DNA of 64,000 nucleotides from assembly GCA_963836755.1 (NCBI GenBank), contig CAWIKF010000001.1:480001-544000 (forward strand). Reading direction: 5' to 3'. Below the pieces are notes generated by a model. That model searched no databases. It saw nothing but the letters and a program-made list of their open reading frames with translations, and was not told the origin of the DNA. Made by a program: the position numbers and the translations under genes. This DNA comes from an uncultured Verrucomicrobiae bacterium (GTDB taxonomy: Bacteria > Verrucomicrobiota > Verrucomicrobiia > Chthoniobacterales > Chthoniobacteraceae). Every line of letters starts with the position of its first letter. Positions within the stretch are counted from its first letter, which is position 1. Below are positions 10,377 through 19,198 of the stretch, one piece after another.

Positions 10377-11534
10377 ATGCGAGTCCTATTAGTCGGGCAA
10401 CAGTTTCAAGTTCGTAGTGAAGGCCAGCCGAAGGCGGAACAACTAGCCCTCCTGCCGGGGGTTGAGCTGCGCACACTCGTGCCAGATCGTTACCCCGCTG
10501 ACGGACATTGGCGCCGCCCGGAGATCCCCGCTGACGCCAGGTATGACTATGCCGTTGAGAAGGTGGCTTGGCCTTGGACAGGACCCGGTCAGTGGTATCT
10601 GCATTGGTATCCTCGCCTCGCGAAAGTATTAACGGAGTTTCGCCCTGACGTGATCGACCTATGGGAAGAGCCTTGGGGGCTTATGAGCGCTCATATGTGC
10701 TGGCTGCGCAATCGCTTGCTACCTGATGCTCGGATTATCAGTGAAACGGAGCAAAATGTAAGGAAAGTTCTTCCCTTTCCTTTTGAAAAATTTCGCACTT
10801 ATACACTGAAGAATGCCAGCTTTGTGATTGGCCGAAATGCGGAAGCCATCGAGATAACCCGCGAGAAGGGCTATAGAGGAGCCGCGCAGGTGGTCGGGAA
10901 TGGAGTAGACGTTGGCTTGTTTCGACCGCTCGCTCGAGAGGAATGCAAGGCGGAGCTTGGATTAAAAGGATTCGTCATGGGTTACGTCGGTCGAATCGTG
11001 CAGCAGAAAGGATTGATGGAAGCGGTTGACGCTTTGCGGGAGGTCCCGGACGATGTGCAGTTGATATTTGCAGGATCGGGGCCCTTTCGATCTCAGCTGG
11101 AGAACCGGGCAAAGGAGCTGGGTAAAGTGGGCCAAATCCGCTTTCTACCTCTTCGTCCTCGGGAGGAATTACCTCGTTTGATGAACGCCCTTGATGTCTT
11201 GCTTCTTCCTTCGCAAACAACAACGCGATGGAAAGAGCAGTTTGGACGCGTGATTATTGAAGCTCAGGCTTGTGGGACGCCGGTGATTGGCTCGAATTCC
11301 GGAGCTATTCCAGAAGTCATCATGGAGGGCGGAGTGGTGGTTCCCGAGAGAGATTCTTCAGCCTTGGCGGCAGCGGTGTGTCGCCTGAAAAGCAACGTGG
11401 ATTTGAGAGCCAAAATGGGTGCCGCGGGAATGCAGCAAGTGCATGCATCCTACTCATGGCCTCGTATCGCTGAACGAATGTATGAGATTTATATAAGGAC
11501 CATGAAATCTGTGCCTGTAGAAGTAGCCGCATGA
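10377..11534 (+). CDS. GT4 family glycosyltransferase
   Basis: GNGVD, GRIVQQKG and WKEQFGRVIIEAQACGTPVIGS motifs. Confidence 0.92.
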   Translation: MRVLLVGQQFQVRSEGQPKAEQLALLPGVELRTLVPDRYPADGHWRRPEIPADARYDYAVEKVAWPWTGPGQWYLHWYPRLAKVLTEFRPDVIDLWEEPWGLMSAHMCWLRNRLLPDARIISETEQNVRKVLPFPFEKFRTYTLKNASFVIGRNAEAIEITREKGYRGAAQVVGNGVDVGLFRPLAREECKAELGLKGFVMGYVGRIVQQKGLMEAVDALREVPDDVQLIFAGSGPFRSQLENRAKELGKVGQIRFLPLRPREELPRLMNALDVLLLPSQTTTRWKEQFGRVIIEAQACGTPVIGSNSGAIPEVIMEGGVVVPERDSSALAAAVCRLKSNVDLRAKMGAAGMQQVHASYSWPRIAERMYEIYIRTMKSVPVEVAA

Positions 11535-12856
11535 ACCAAGACGGTCTTATCTCGGTCCTTTATTTGGATCACACCGGAAAGTTAGGCGGAGCCGAGGTCG
11601 CCCTCGTGCGACTAATGTCATCGTTGGATAGGAATAGATTTCGTCCGATCGTGGTTTTCGCGGATGAAGGTCCAGCACCGACTTTGATGCGAACGACTGG
11701 AGTGGAGACGCATGTGTTGACGTTGGACCCCAAGGTGCGCGAGGTTCGGAAGGACACACTCGGTGCCCTTGCATTTCTGAAACCCCGGCGACTCCTGTCC
11801 GTAATCGCCTATGCTATACGCATTTCCCGGTTCGTGCGTGAGAACCAAGTGCAGATCATCCATACGAATTCTCTGAAGGCTCATATTTATGGTGGGCTGG
11901 GGGGTAAGCTCGCGGGGGTTCCGGTGGTATGGCACCTAAGAGACTTTATCGACACAACCTACTTACCCGCTGCCGCTGTTCACGTCATTCGATTTCTAAT
12001 TAAAAAAATTCCTTCGCATGTAGTGACGGATTCCCAAAGCGTGATGGAACAAGCAGGGCTAAAGGCTGGTAGCGGCAGGGCCACGGCTGTGCGAAACGGA
12101 GTGACGACAGCGTGGCATCCGATCACAAAAATTCCGGTGGACTGCACAACGGACCCTATCACTGCCGAGCAAAACTCCAATACTGACTTTTCACTCCTTT
12201 TGTATGCCAAGCTGCCAGAGTCATGGAATGGTAGCGTAAGAATAGGCATGATCGGAAGAATCGCGCCATGGAAAGGTCAGCATATCTTTCTTCAAGCGGC
12301 GGCACAACTGAAGGCGAAAGGACACAAGGCCCGTTTCCTAGTGATTGGTGGACCCCTCTTCGGAGAACATGATTATGAAGAGAAGCTTCGTGAAATGGTG
12401 CGTGGCCTTGGAATTGAGGCGGAAGTTAGCTTCCTTGGACTTCGAGAAGATGTGCCGGCATTGCTGAAGGAACTTGACATAGTCGTGCATGCAAGCACTT
12501 CGGCGGATCCATGCCCAAGCACCGTTCTCGAAGGCATGGCGAATGGGCTTCCGGTCATCGGAAGCGATGGCGGTGGCGTGCCGGAAATGATCGTCGAAGG
12601 TGAAACTGGATTATTAGTGCCGATGGGAGATGCCTCAGCATTGGGAGACGCTTTGGAAAAACTTTTGCTTAATCCGGCAAAGGCCTGCCTGATGGGACGC
12701 AAGGGTTACATTCGTGTGCTTGAATCTTTCACAACGGCACGAGTCGCGCGCGACTTGGAAAAGATTTACCTGAATCTTGTCCCTAAGCTGAAGGGCTCCG
12801 AGCCAACCTCCGCCGGATCGGTCCGTCGAGGAGTTCGTGAAGCACTGAATCCTTAG
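11531..12856 (+). CDS. GT4 family glycosyltransferase
   Basis: LGGAE, IIHTNS, GRIAPWKGQ and DPCPSTVLEGMANGLPVI motifs; ATGA overlap with the upstream gene. Confidence 0.9.
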   Translation: MNQDGLISVLYLDHTGKLGGAEVALVRLMSSLDRNRFRPIVVFADEGPAPTLMRTTGVETHVLTLDPKVREVRKDTLGALAFLKPRRLLSVIAYAIRISRFVRENQVQIIHTNSLKAHIYGGLGGKLAGVPVVWHLRDFIDTTYLPAAAVHVIRFLIKKIPSHVVTDSQSVMEQAGLKAGSGRATAVRNGVTTAWHPITKIPVDCTTDPITAEQNSNTDFSLLLYAKLPESWNGSVRIGMIGRIAPWKGQHIFLQAAAQLKAKGHKARFLVIGGPLFGEHDYEEKLREMVRGLGIEAEVSFLGLREDVPALLKELDIVVHASTSADPCPSTVLEGMANGLPVIGSDGGGVPEMIVEGETGLLVPMGDASALGDALEKLLLNPAKACLMGRKGYIRVLESFTTARVARDLEKIYLNLVPKLKGSEPTSAGSVRRGVREALNP

Positions 12857-15800
12857 TGAGAGTTAGAAGCACCGCTCGCGGGGCCGAAGAAGAGGCCGTT
12901 AACAACTGCGTTGCTACCGTTGAGAAGGTTGGTGATCCGAATTTGGATGTGGCCGGTAAGATTCCAGAGCAAGTATTGACCGGTTTGGAAGTTCAAAATG
13001 GTTCGGGTGTCAAGGACGGTGCCAGAGGTTGCATCGAGTATCTCCACTTTCTCGGAGCGTGCCCCTGCAAAACTATCCCAGTCGACTGCATAGAGGGCAA
13101 CGGAGTGGCTTTGACCATCGGTTAGGTTCACGTCCATGACAAAGTTGTTGCCAACCTTGGTCTCGGAAGAATACCAGCAACTTGCTAGCCTATCATTGCT
13201 AGCCCCCTTCATCGGCGCACGAGGATCTGAGGTGGATGAGAGCCACGTGTAGTTCAAGTTGCCCGAGAGGGCGACGGTGGCATACGAAGGATACGCTGTC
13301 TTGTCGCCACTCAGACTAAATCCATCTGCCCCATAGGCGCCTTTCCAGTTGCCCTGCGTTCCAGTATCCGTATTCAAATAAACAGCTGTGCTGCCGTTCA
13401 ACGTCGATGAACTGATGCTGCTCGCGGGGCCGAAGAAGAGCCCATTGACGAGTGCGTTGCTACCATTGAGAAGGTTGGTGATGCGGATTTGAGTGTGGCC
13501 CGTAAGATTCCAGAGCAGGTATTGACCGGCGCGGAAGTTTGAAATGGTTCGGGTGTCAAGGACGGCGCCAGAGGTTGCATCGAGAATCTCCACTTTCTCG
13601 GAGCGTGCCCCTGCAAAACTATCCCAGTCGACTGCATAAAGGGCAACGGAGTGGCTTTGGCCGTCCGTTAGGTTCACATCCATGAGAAAGTTGTTGCCAA
13701 CCTTCATCCCGGAAGAATACCAACAACTTGCTACCCTATCACTGCTGGCCCCCTTCATGAGCGCCCGAGGATCAGCGGTGGAGGACAGCCACGTGTAGTT
13801 CAAGCTGCCGGTGATGCCGACGGTGGCATAAGAAGGATAAGCCGTCTTGTCGCCACTCAGACTAAATCCATCTGCCCCATAAAGGCCTTTCCAACTCCCT
13901 TGTGTGCCAGTGTCGGTATTCAGAAAGACTGCTGCGTTGCCATTCACGGTCTGGGGCGGGGTGGCAGTTACAGGTGGATTCGCTGGGACGGTAGTATTGG
14001 AGCCACTGCTTGAGCTCGTTGTCGGTCCGTCACTTGAACTTGTTGTGGAGGTGGAGGAGCCGCCTATGACGGTAGAAGAAGTGCCTGAGGGTCCACTGGA
14101 ACCGGAAGACGTAGTTGTATTGGCGGCGGAGGAATCGGCTGTGGTGACATTGACAGGGGCAAAAAAGATTCCGTTAAGAAGAGCATTGCTGCCAGCCAAG
14201 AGGTTAGTTATGCGAATCTGAACATGTCCCGTTACATTCCAGATCAAGTATTGGCCGGATTGGAAATTCGAAAGAGTCCGCGCGTCAAGGACGACGCCGG
14301 AGGTCGTATCGAGGACCTCAATTTTCTCAGAGCGAGGCCCCGCGAAACTATCCCAGTCAATAGCATAAAGTGCTACCGAATGGCTCTTGCCATCGGTGAG
14401 ATTTACATCGACTACCAAGTTGTTGCCTACTTTGGTGCCGAGAGAATACCAGGAACTCGCAACTCTGTCGTTGCTCGTCGCCTTTACCAGCGCACGCGCA
14501 TCAGTCGTCGAGGAAAACCAGGTGTAGTTTGAGCTTCCTGTGATAGCCACCGAGGCATACGATGGATACGAGGTCTTGTCTCCGCTTAAAGCGAAGCCAT
14601 CTGGTCCATAGCTGCCTTTCCAGTTGCCCTTCGTAGTTGTATCGGAATTGACATAGGTTGCGGCGTTTCCCGTAGGACCAAAGCCAACCGCGACTGTGAT
14701 CGGATTAGAAGTCGTGCTCGCGCCGGAATTGTCGTAAGCCTTTGCGGTAAGCGAATATGTGCCAGCCGCGACGTTAGTCCAACTGAACGTATACGGCGCG
14801 GATGTCACCACTCCGAGTTTGTAAGTGCCGGCATAAAATTCCACTTGTGCGATTGTTCCATCGCTATCGGACGCACTTGCACTGAGAGAGATATTTGCCG
14901 GGGCAATAAGAGAGTCAGTGGCGCTGGCCGGGCTCAAACTTACTGTCGGTGCCACGTTTGTTCCTACCGCAGAAGGCTGCTGAGCTGACTGCGCTGGATA
15001 CAGTTGAGCGCTCGGTATGATTGCTTTCGATTGACTGGCGCTAGACCAAAGCAACTTCATCGCAGCTCCTCCGGTCTGTTCAAAGTATTCCACTTTGATG
15101 TCGTAAGGCTGGCCAGCTTGGAGGGCGATGGGAACACTTGTGAACTCGGTCGCGTTATTCGGAACCCACTTGTCAATGATTAACTGGCCGTTAATCCATA
15201 CGCGGCACCCATCGTCGCTCTGCGTAAAGAAGGTGTAAGTTTCCGAATATTGCGGCTCAATCTTTCCCGTCCACCTCGCCGCGAAATAGTCGCTAGGAAT
15301 GCTAGGATCGGGTGAGCCTAACCCCCAGTCAAAGTTCAAGGAAGGATCTAAGCGCGTTACTTTCAAGGAACTAAAGTCGACACTGGCGAAGTATTGACCC
15401 GTGAGGCCGGTGCCACTGCCAAATACAGGACCAGTCACGTTCCCGGAAACTCCGACGGTGGCGTTCGTTTGAGAAGAGGTGGCCGTGGCTCCTCCATTGT
15501 CCGTGGCTTTTGATGTGACGACGTAAAATCCGGGGGGAACGTTGTTCCACGCGAGATTGTAAGGCGCGGTTGCAACCTCCCCTAACTTGCTGCCATTCGC
15601 AAAAAATTCGACCTTCGAGATGCTTCCGTCAAAGTCGAGAGCACTCGCGGAAAGAGTAATGTTCGCAGGCGATGAATAGATAGAGTTGTTCGATGGTGCA
15701 TTGATGCTGACAACTGGAGGTATGTTAGCCCCCGTCGTGGAGTTTGTAGACGTCACCAAAGATGCATTGTAGATCTCAATCTCGCGAAGACTTATGTAGG

Positions 15801-17808
15801 GCGGGCTGGCCTGCCCGCCTGCGTCAAGAACGTCCTTCGTCGCCCCACCACCCCAGGTAGCAGTATGAATCAGAAGACGGATCTTGCCAGTTTGCACGGG
15901 ACTGAAGGCGTGCTGGAAAATCCAGCGGTCGCTAAAGAAGCTATCCACGGTTGACCGTGCGGCGGCAGTATAGACCTTCCAGGTCTTTGTGGGCTCCTGC
16001 ACGTGCTCTATGGTTACCCACTGTCCGTTACTGTCATACTGCAGTTCGTAATCGACCAGCGTGCCGGAGACCTGCCAGGGAGGCGTCGCGAATACTACTA
16101 CGTGGTCAATTGTCTGGACCGAGGGGAATCGTATCTCGACGGTTGCGGGAAATTTAAGCGTCGAATCATTCCATGGGGAGTCAGCGCTGGTTTGGCCCCA
16201 ATACCAAGTCTCGAAAATTCCGTTCGTCAGGGCGGTAAAACCATCTGCAATTCCAGAGGAGGAAGCAGCGACTACACCAGGCTGAAGCGCAAGATTTGGT
16301 CCCCAGTTAACCGGAACGACGTTGATAGTTTGTCCGGGTGCCAACTCTACGTAAACAGGGAGCTCGGGAACTGGAATAGTCACGCGACCAGCTGTAACAG
16401 GTATGTCGTATTCAAGGCCGAACGAAGTCACGTAATGAATCGAGCTTCCGCCGTTAACAGCGAGATCGACATGGCCATCGGTGCTGCCTCCACTCATGAA
16501 GGCGGCGACAGATTTTCCGGGGCCGCTGAATAAGCTTCCCAAGTAAAGCTCATCTCCCGAATTGCCGAACGTATAAGCTTTAGCAAATTTGGTGCCGTAA
16601 AGTTCTTCCGACCATACGCGCATCAAGGCGGGAGCAGGCATGAGACTCGAATCATCATTTTCCCACCACATCGGCTCATCCCAATATCCACGGCTCTTGT
16701 CATACCAGAGATGATTGTGCTCCTTCGGTATCCCGTATTGCTCAAAAATCATCATCTGCAGCATCGTCCACCTGCCTTGTAGTCTCGGCTGAAAGGAACC
16801 ATAGACTGCAGCCATGTAACCTTGCTCCGTCTGCCATTGTTCTATGCCGCCAAGGTTATAGCGCTGAAGCAATACGTTGAGTTGTTCCAGCGAGTGGATG
16901 CAAAGAAAAGGATCGCCGTTGACGTTGTTGTAGGCGTGGAAAGAAAAGACATCGATGTAGCTGCCACCACCAGCTTTCAGGAAGTCCTCGATCCATCCCA
17001 ATCCGTAAGGTCCAATAGTCACGATTCCGGGTCCGACAACCTTTAGGCTCGGATCAGCGCTTTTCACCGTCTGGTAGAAGGTCTTCATCTCATTGACGAA
17101 GTCGCCCCCGCTATAGGTGAAGTTCGGCTCGTTGCGGGGCTCGAAATATTTGACGTCGTTTTTGAACGTATTCACCACCTTCGTCACACCCGCGACATTG
17201 GAAGTGCCGTTCGGGAAAGCGATGAGAAGGCTGCGGCTGCGCAATGGGTCGTAAGGCAGATACATTTGCTTATCCACCGCGATCTCCTGCTGCAATCGCG
17301 CGATGTCCGCATCGGGATTGGACGCATCGAGGACGTAGTGCCGCTGCGGGCCCATGCCAGTCACGCCACGCATCGCTTCATCGTCTACGAATTGAGAAGC
17401 GTTCGGATCGACTTGCGGCAGTGGAGGGAAGCCGGCCTTGTTGCGGAAGATCACGAACATCGTTCCACCGACGCTCTGCCCCCACGGCGCTCCCTGGTCG
17501 GTAGTGCCATAAACGTAGACTTTATACCAACCGGGATTGGTCACATTTACGGTGAAGGTCTTTCCTTGGAGATTATTTTGATCTACGAGCGTGCCGTAGT
17601 AGTCGCGCACTTCGTAGCGAGCCGCAGCGGCGCTCAGTTTGAGCACAACGGGTTCGCCAACATAGAAGACGTTGCTCCGTTTATCCGAGCCGACCGAAAT
17701 GGCTCCCGGTGGAAGGTTCAGGCTAAAGCCTGCATTCGCGCGTGGAGTGCACGCAGCGATGAAACCAAGCGCAAGCACTAATGCGCGAATTGTTTTTGAG
17801 ATAGACAT
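12853..17808 (-). CDS. Secreted multimodular glycoside hydrolase: clan GH-A (GH39/GH5-like) catalytic domain, discoidin/CBM32-like domain, Ig-like, PA14, Ig-like, then 3 copies of a ~175-aa unnamed domain
   Basis: N-terminal signal peptide (ANA cleavage site, or IAAC lipobox); YFEPRNEPN acid/base, FSFHAY and WQTEQG nucleophile motifs; PA14 signature GLTGQYF...FAARWTG...SDDGCRVWINGQLIID; two Ig-like repeats (SASA.D.DG.I..VEF..G..LG..T.APY); Ser/Thr-rich linker. Confidence 0.8.
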   Translation of the reverse strand: MSISKTIRALVLALGFIAACTPRANAGFSLNLPPGAISVGSDKRSNVFYVGEPVVLKLSAAAARYEVRDYYGTLVDQNNLQGKTFTVNVTNPGWYKVYVYGTTDQGAPWGQSVGGTMFVIFRNKAGFPPLPQVDPNASQFVDDEAMRGVTGMGPQRHYVLDASNPDADIARLQQEIAVDKQMYLPYDPLRSRSLLIAFPNGTSNVAGVTKVVNTFKNDVKYFEPRNEPNFTYSGGDFVNEMKTFYQTVKSADPSLKVVGPGIVTIGPYGLGWIEDFLKAGGGSYIDVFSFHAYNNVNGDPFLCIHSLEQLNVLLQRYNLGGIEQWQTEQGYMAAVYGSFQPRLQGRWTMLQMMIFEQYGIPKEHNHLWYDKSRGYWDEPMWWENDDSSLMPAPALMRVWSEELYGTKFAKAYTFGNSGDELYLGSLFSGPGKSVAAFMSGGSTDGHVDLAVNGGSSIHYVTSFGLEYDIPVTAGRVTIPVPELPVYVELAPGQTINVVPVNWGPNLALQPGVVAASSSGIADGFTALTNGIFETWYWGQTSADSPWNDSTLKFPATVEIRFPSVQTIDHVVVFATPPWQVSGTLVDYELQYDSNGQWVTIEHVQEPTKTWKVYTAAARSTVDSFFSDRWIFQHAFSPVQTGKIRLLIHTATWGGGATKDVLDAGGQASPPYISLREIEIYNASLVTSTNSTTGANIPPVVSINAPSNNSIYSSPANITLSASALDFDGSISKVEFFANGSKLGEVATAPYNLAWNNVPPGFYVVTSKATDNGGATATSSQTNATVGVSGNVTGPVFGSGTGLTGQYFASVDFSSLKVTRLDPSLNFDWGLGSPDPSIPSDYFAARWTGKIEPQYSETYTFFTQSDDGCRVWINGQLIIDKWVPNNATEFTSVPIALQAGQPYDIKVEYFEQTGGAAMKLLWSSASQSKAIIPSAQLYPAQSAQQPSAVGTNVAPTVSLSPASATDSLIAPANISLSASASDSDGTIAQVEFYAGTYKLGVVTSAPYTFSWTNVAAGTYSLTAKAYDNSGASTTSNPITVAVGFGPTGNAATYVNSDTTTKGNWKGSYGPDGFALSGDKTSYPSYASVAITGSSNYTWFSSTTDARALVKATSNDRVASSWYSLGTKVGNNLVVDVNLTDGKSHSVALYAIDWDSFAGPRSEKIEVLDTTSGVVLDARTLSNFQSGQYLIWNVTGHVQIRITNLLAGSNALLNGIFFAPVNVTTADSSAANTTTSSGSSGPSGTSSTVIGGSSTSTTSSSDGPTTSSSSGSNTTVPANPPVTATPPQTVNGNAAVFLNTDTGTQGSWKGLYGADGFSLSGDKTAYPSYATVGITGSLNYTWLSSTADPRALMKGASSDRVASCWYSSGMKVGNNFLMDVNLTDGQSHSVALYAVDWDSFAGARSEKVEILDATSGAVLDTRTISNFRAGQYLLWNLTGHTQIRITNLLNGSNALVNGLFFGPASSISSSTLNGSTAVYLNTDTGTQGNWKGAYGADGFSLSGDKTAYPSYATVALSGNLNYTWLSSTSDPRAPMKGASNDRLASCWYSSETKVGNNFVMDVNLTDGQSHSVALYAVDWDSFAGARSEKVEILDATSGTVLDTRTILNFQTGQYLLWNLTGHIQIRITNLLNGSNAVVNGLFFGPASGASNSH
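12874..14670 (-). repeat. Three intragenic copies of a ~520-bp domain repeat (about 12874-13400, 13420-13945 and 14155-14670)
   Basis: The two left copies align at a 546-bp offset with long identical stretches (e.g. CTCCACTTTCTCGGAGCGTGCCCCTGCAAAACTATCCCAGTCGACTGCATA); the third is more diverged but shares GNWKG.YG.DGF.LSGDKT.YPSYA and LYA.DWDSFAG.RSEK. Confidence 0.93.
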
Positions 17809-17857
17809 GCCAGCAAGAGTTTGAGTTGTGCCCTGACACTTTGGGCACTGTCTTTAC

Positions 17858-17874
17858 ACCAAGTTCCGTGCCGA
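17858..17874 (-). promoter_or_regulatory. Putative sigma-54 (-24/-12) promoter of the large glycoside hydrolase gene
   Basis: Minus strand TCGGCACGGAACTTGGT versus consensus YTGGCACGnnnnTTGCW; correct GG-N10 spacing but GG instead of GC at -12; about 50 nt upstream of the ATG. Confidence 0.45.
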
Positions 17875-17946
17875 CGCGCATGATTTTTATAAAAAACATT
17901 CGCCTCTATCCAAAAGCTCCAAACTCAGATATTTAGAGCCGCTTCA

Positions 17947-19149
17947 ATGGCCATGAGTTCCATAGATATTCCGAGACGCGTGGCGATCATTCACGATTGG
18001 CTACCGCTCTATGGTGGCGCTGAGAGGGTGCTGGAGCAGATCATCCAGATCTTTCCGGAGGCGGATTTGTTCAGCATGGTCGATTTCATACCGGCGGGAG
18101 AGCGCGGCTTTCTTCAGGACAAGCCGGTGCGGACTTCTTTCATCCAGAAGCTGCCGTTTGTGAAGAAGATCTATCGGAGCTATCTGCCGCTCATGCCGCT
18201 CGCAGTGGAGCAGTTCGATATGGCTGGGTATGATCTTGTCATTTCCAGCAGCTACGCGGTGGCGAAGGGCGTTATTACCGGACCAAACCAATTGCACATT
18301 TGCTATTGCCATTCGCCGATCCGCTATGCATGGGATTTGCAGCATCAGTATGTGCATGAGCGCGGTTTTCTCGGAAAAGTGCGCGCTTGGGTGCAGCGGG
18401 CGCTGCTCCATTATGTGCGGATGTGGGATTTGCGGACCGCACACGGCGTCGATTATTTCGTTGCGAATTCTGCTTTCGTCGCGCGGCGAATCTCGAAGGT
18501 TTACGGGCGCCGAGCAACGGTCATTCATCCGCCGGTTGAGACGAAGGCGTTCAAGTTAAACGAAGGGAAGCGTGAGAACTTTTACCTCACCGCTTCGCGG
18601 ATGGTGCCTTACAAAAAGGTCGATTTGATCGTAAGGGCGTTCAATGCGATGCCGGAAAAGAAATTGCTGGTGATTGGCGACGGTCCGGAGTTTCAAAAAG
18701 TGAAAGCGCTCGCCGGGGGCAACATCACGTTGCTCGGGCGTCAAAGTTTCGATGCGCTCGCAAACTACATGGAGCGCGCTCGGGCATTTATCTTCGCCGC
18801 TGAGGAGGATTTCGGAATCATGCCGCTGGAAGCGCAGGCCTGCGGCACACCAGTCATTGCGCTCGGCAGAGGCGGCGCGAAAGAAACAATCATCGACTCG
18901 AAGACCGGCCTCTTTTTTCCGGAACAAACGCCTAACAGTCTTTGCGCCGCGGTCGAAAAGTTCGAAGCGATGTCCGATCAATTTGTCCCGGCGGAATTGC
19001 GCCGGCACGCAGAACGATTTTCGATCGTCGAGTTTCGGAACAGGTTTGCCAACTTTGTTGCCGACCGATGGAATCGATTCAGAACTGAAATGGACGCACC
19101 GGTTTCGCGCGAAAGCGCAGTGCCTTTTGCCGACGAACCCGCGCCTTAA
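17947..19149 (+). CDS. GT4 family glycosyltransferase (WbaZ-like mannosyltransferase)
   Basis: HDWL..YGGAERVL, HICYCHSPIRYAWD and EEDFGIMPLEAQACGTPVIA motifs. Confidence 0.92.
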   Translation: MAMSSIDIPRRVAIIHDWLPLYGGAERVLEQIIQIFPEADLFSMVDFIPAGERGFLQDKPVRTSFIQKLPFVKKIYRSYLPLMPLAVEQFDMAGYDLVISSSYAVAKGVITGPNQLHICYCHSPIRYAWDLQHQYVHERGFLGKVRAWVQRALLHYVRMWDLRTAHGVDYFVANSAFVARRISKVYGRRATVIHPPVETKAFKLNEGKRENFYLTASRMVPYKKVDLIVRAFNAMPEKKLLVIGDGPEFQKVKALAGGNITLLGRQSFDALANYMERARAFIFAAEEDFGIMPLEAQACGTPVIALGRGGAKETIIDSKTGLFFPEQTPNSLCAAVEKFEAMSDQFVPAELRRHAERFSIVEFRNRFANFVADRWNRFRTEMDAPVSRESAVPFADEPAP

Positions 19150-19198
19150 CGCGAAGCTTTGAACATTCCGCGGCGGTCTGCCGAACTCCCGCCGTCGC

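Noticed and set aside
13940..14150. Ser/Thr/Gly-rich stretch as a DNA tandem repeat
   Set aside because: Low complexity is at the protein level (flexible linker) with no regular nucleotide period.
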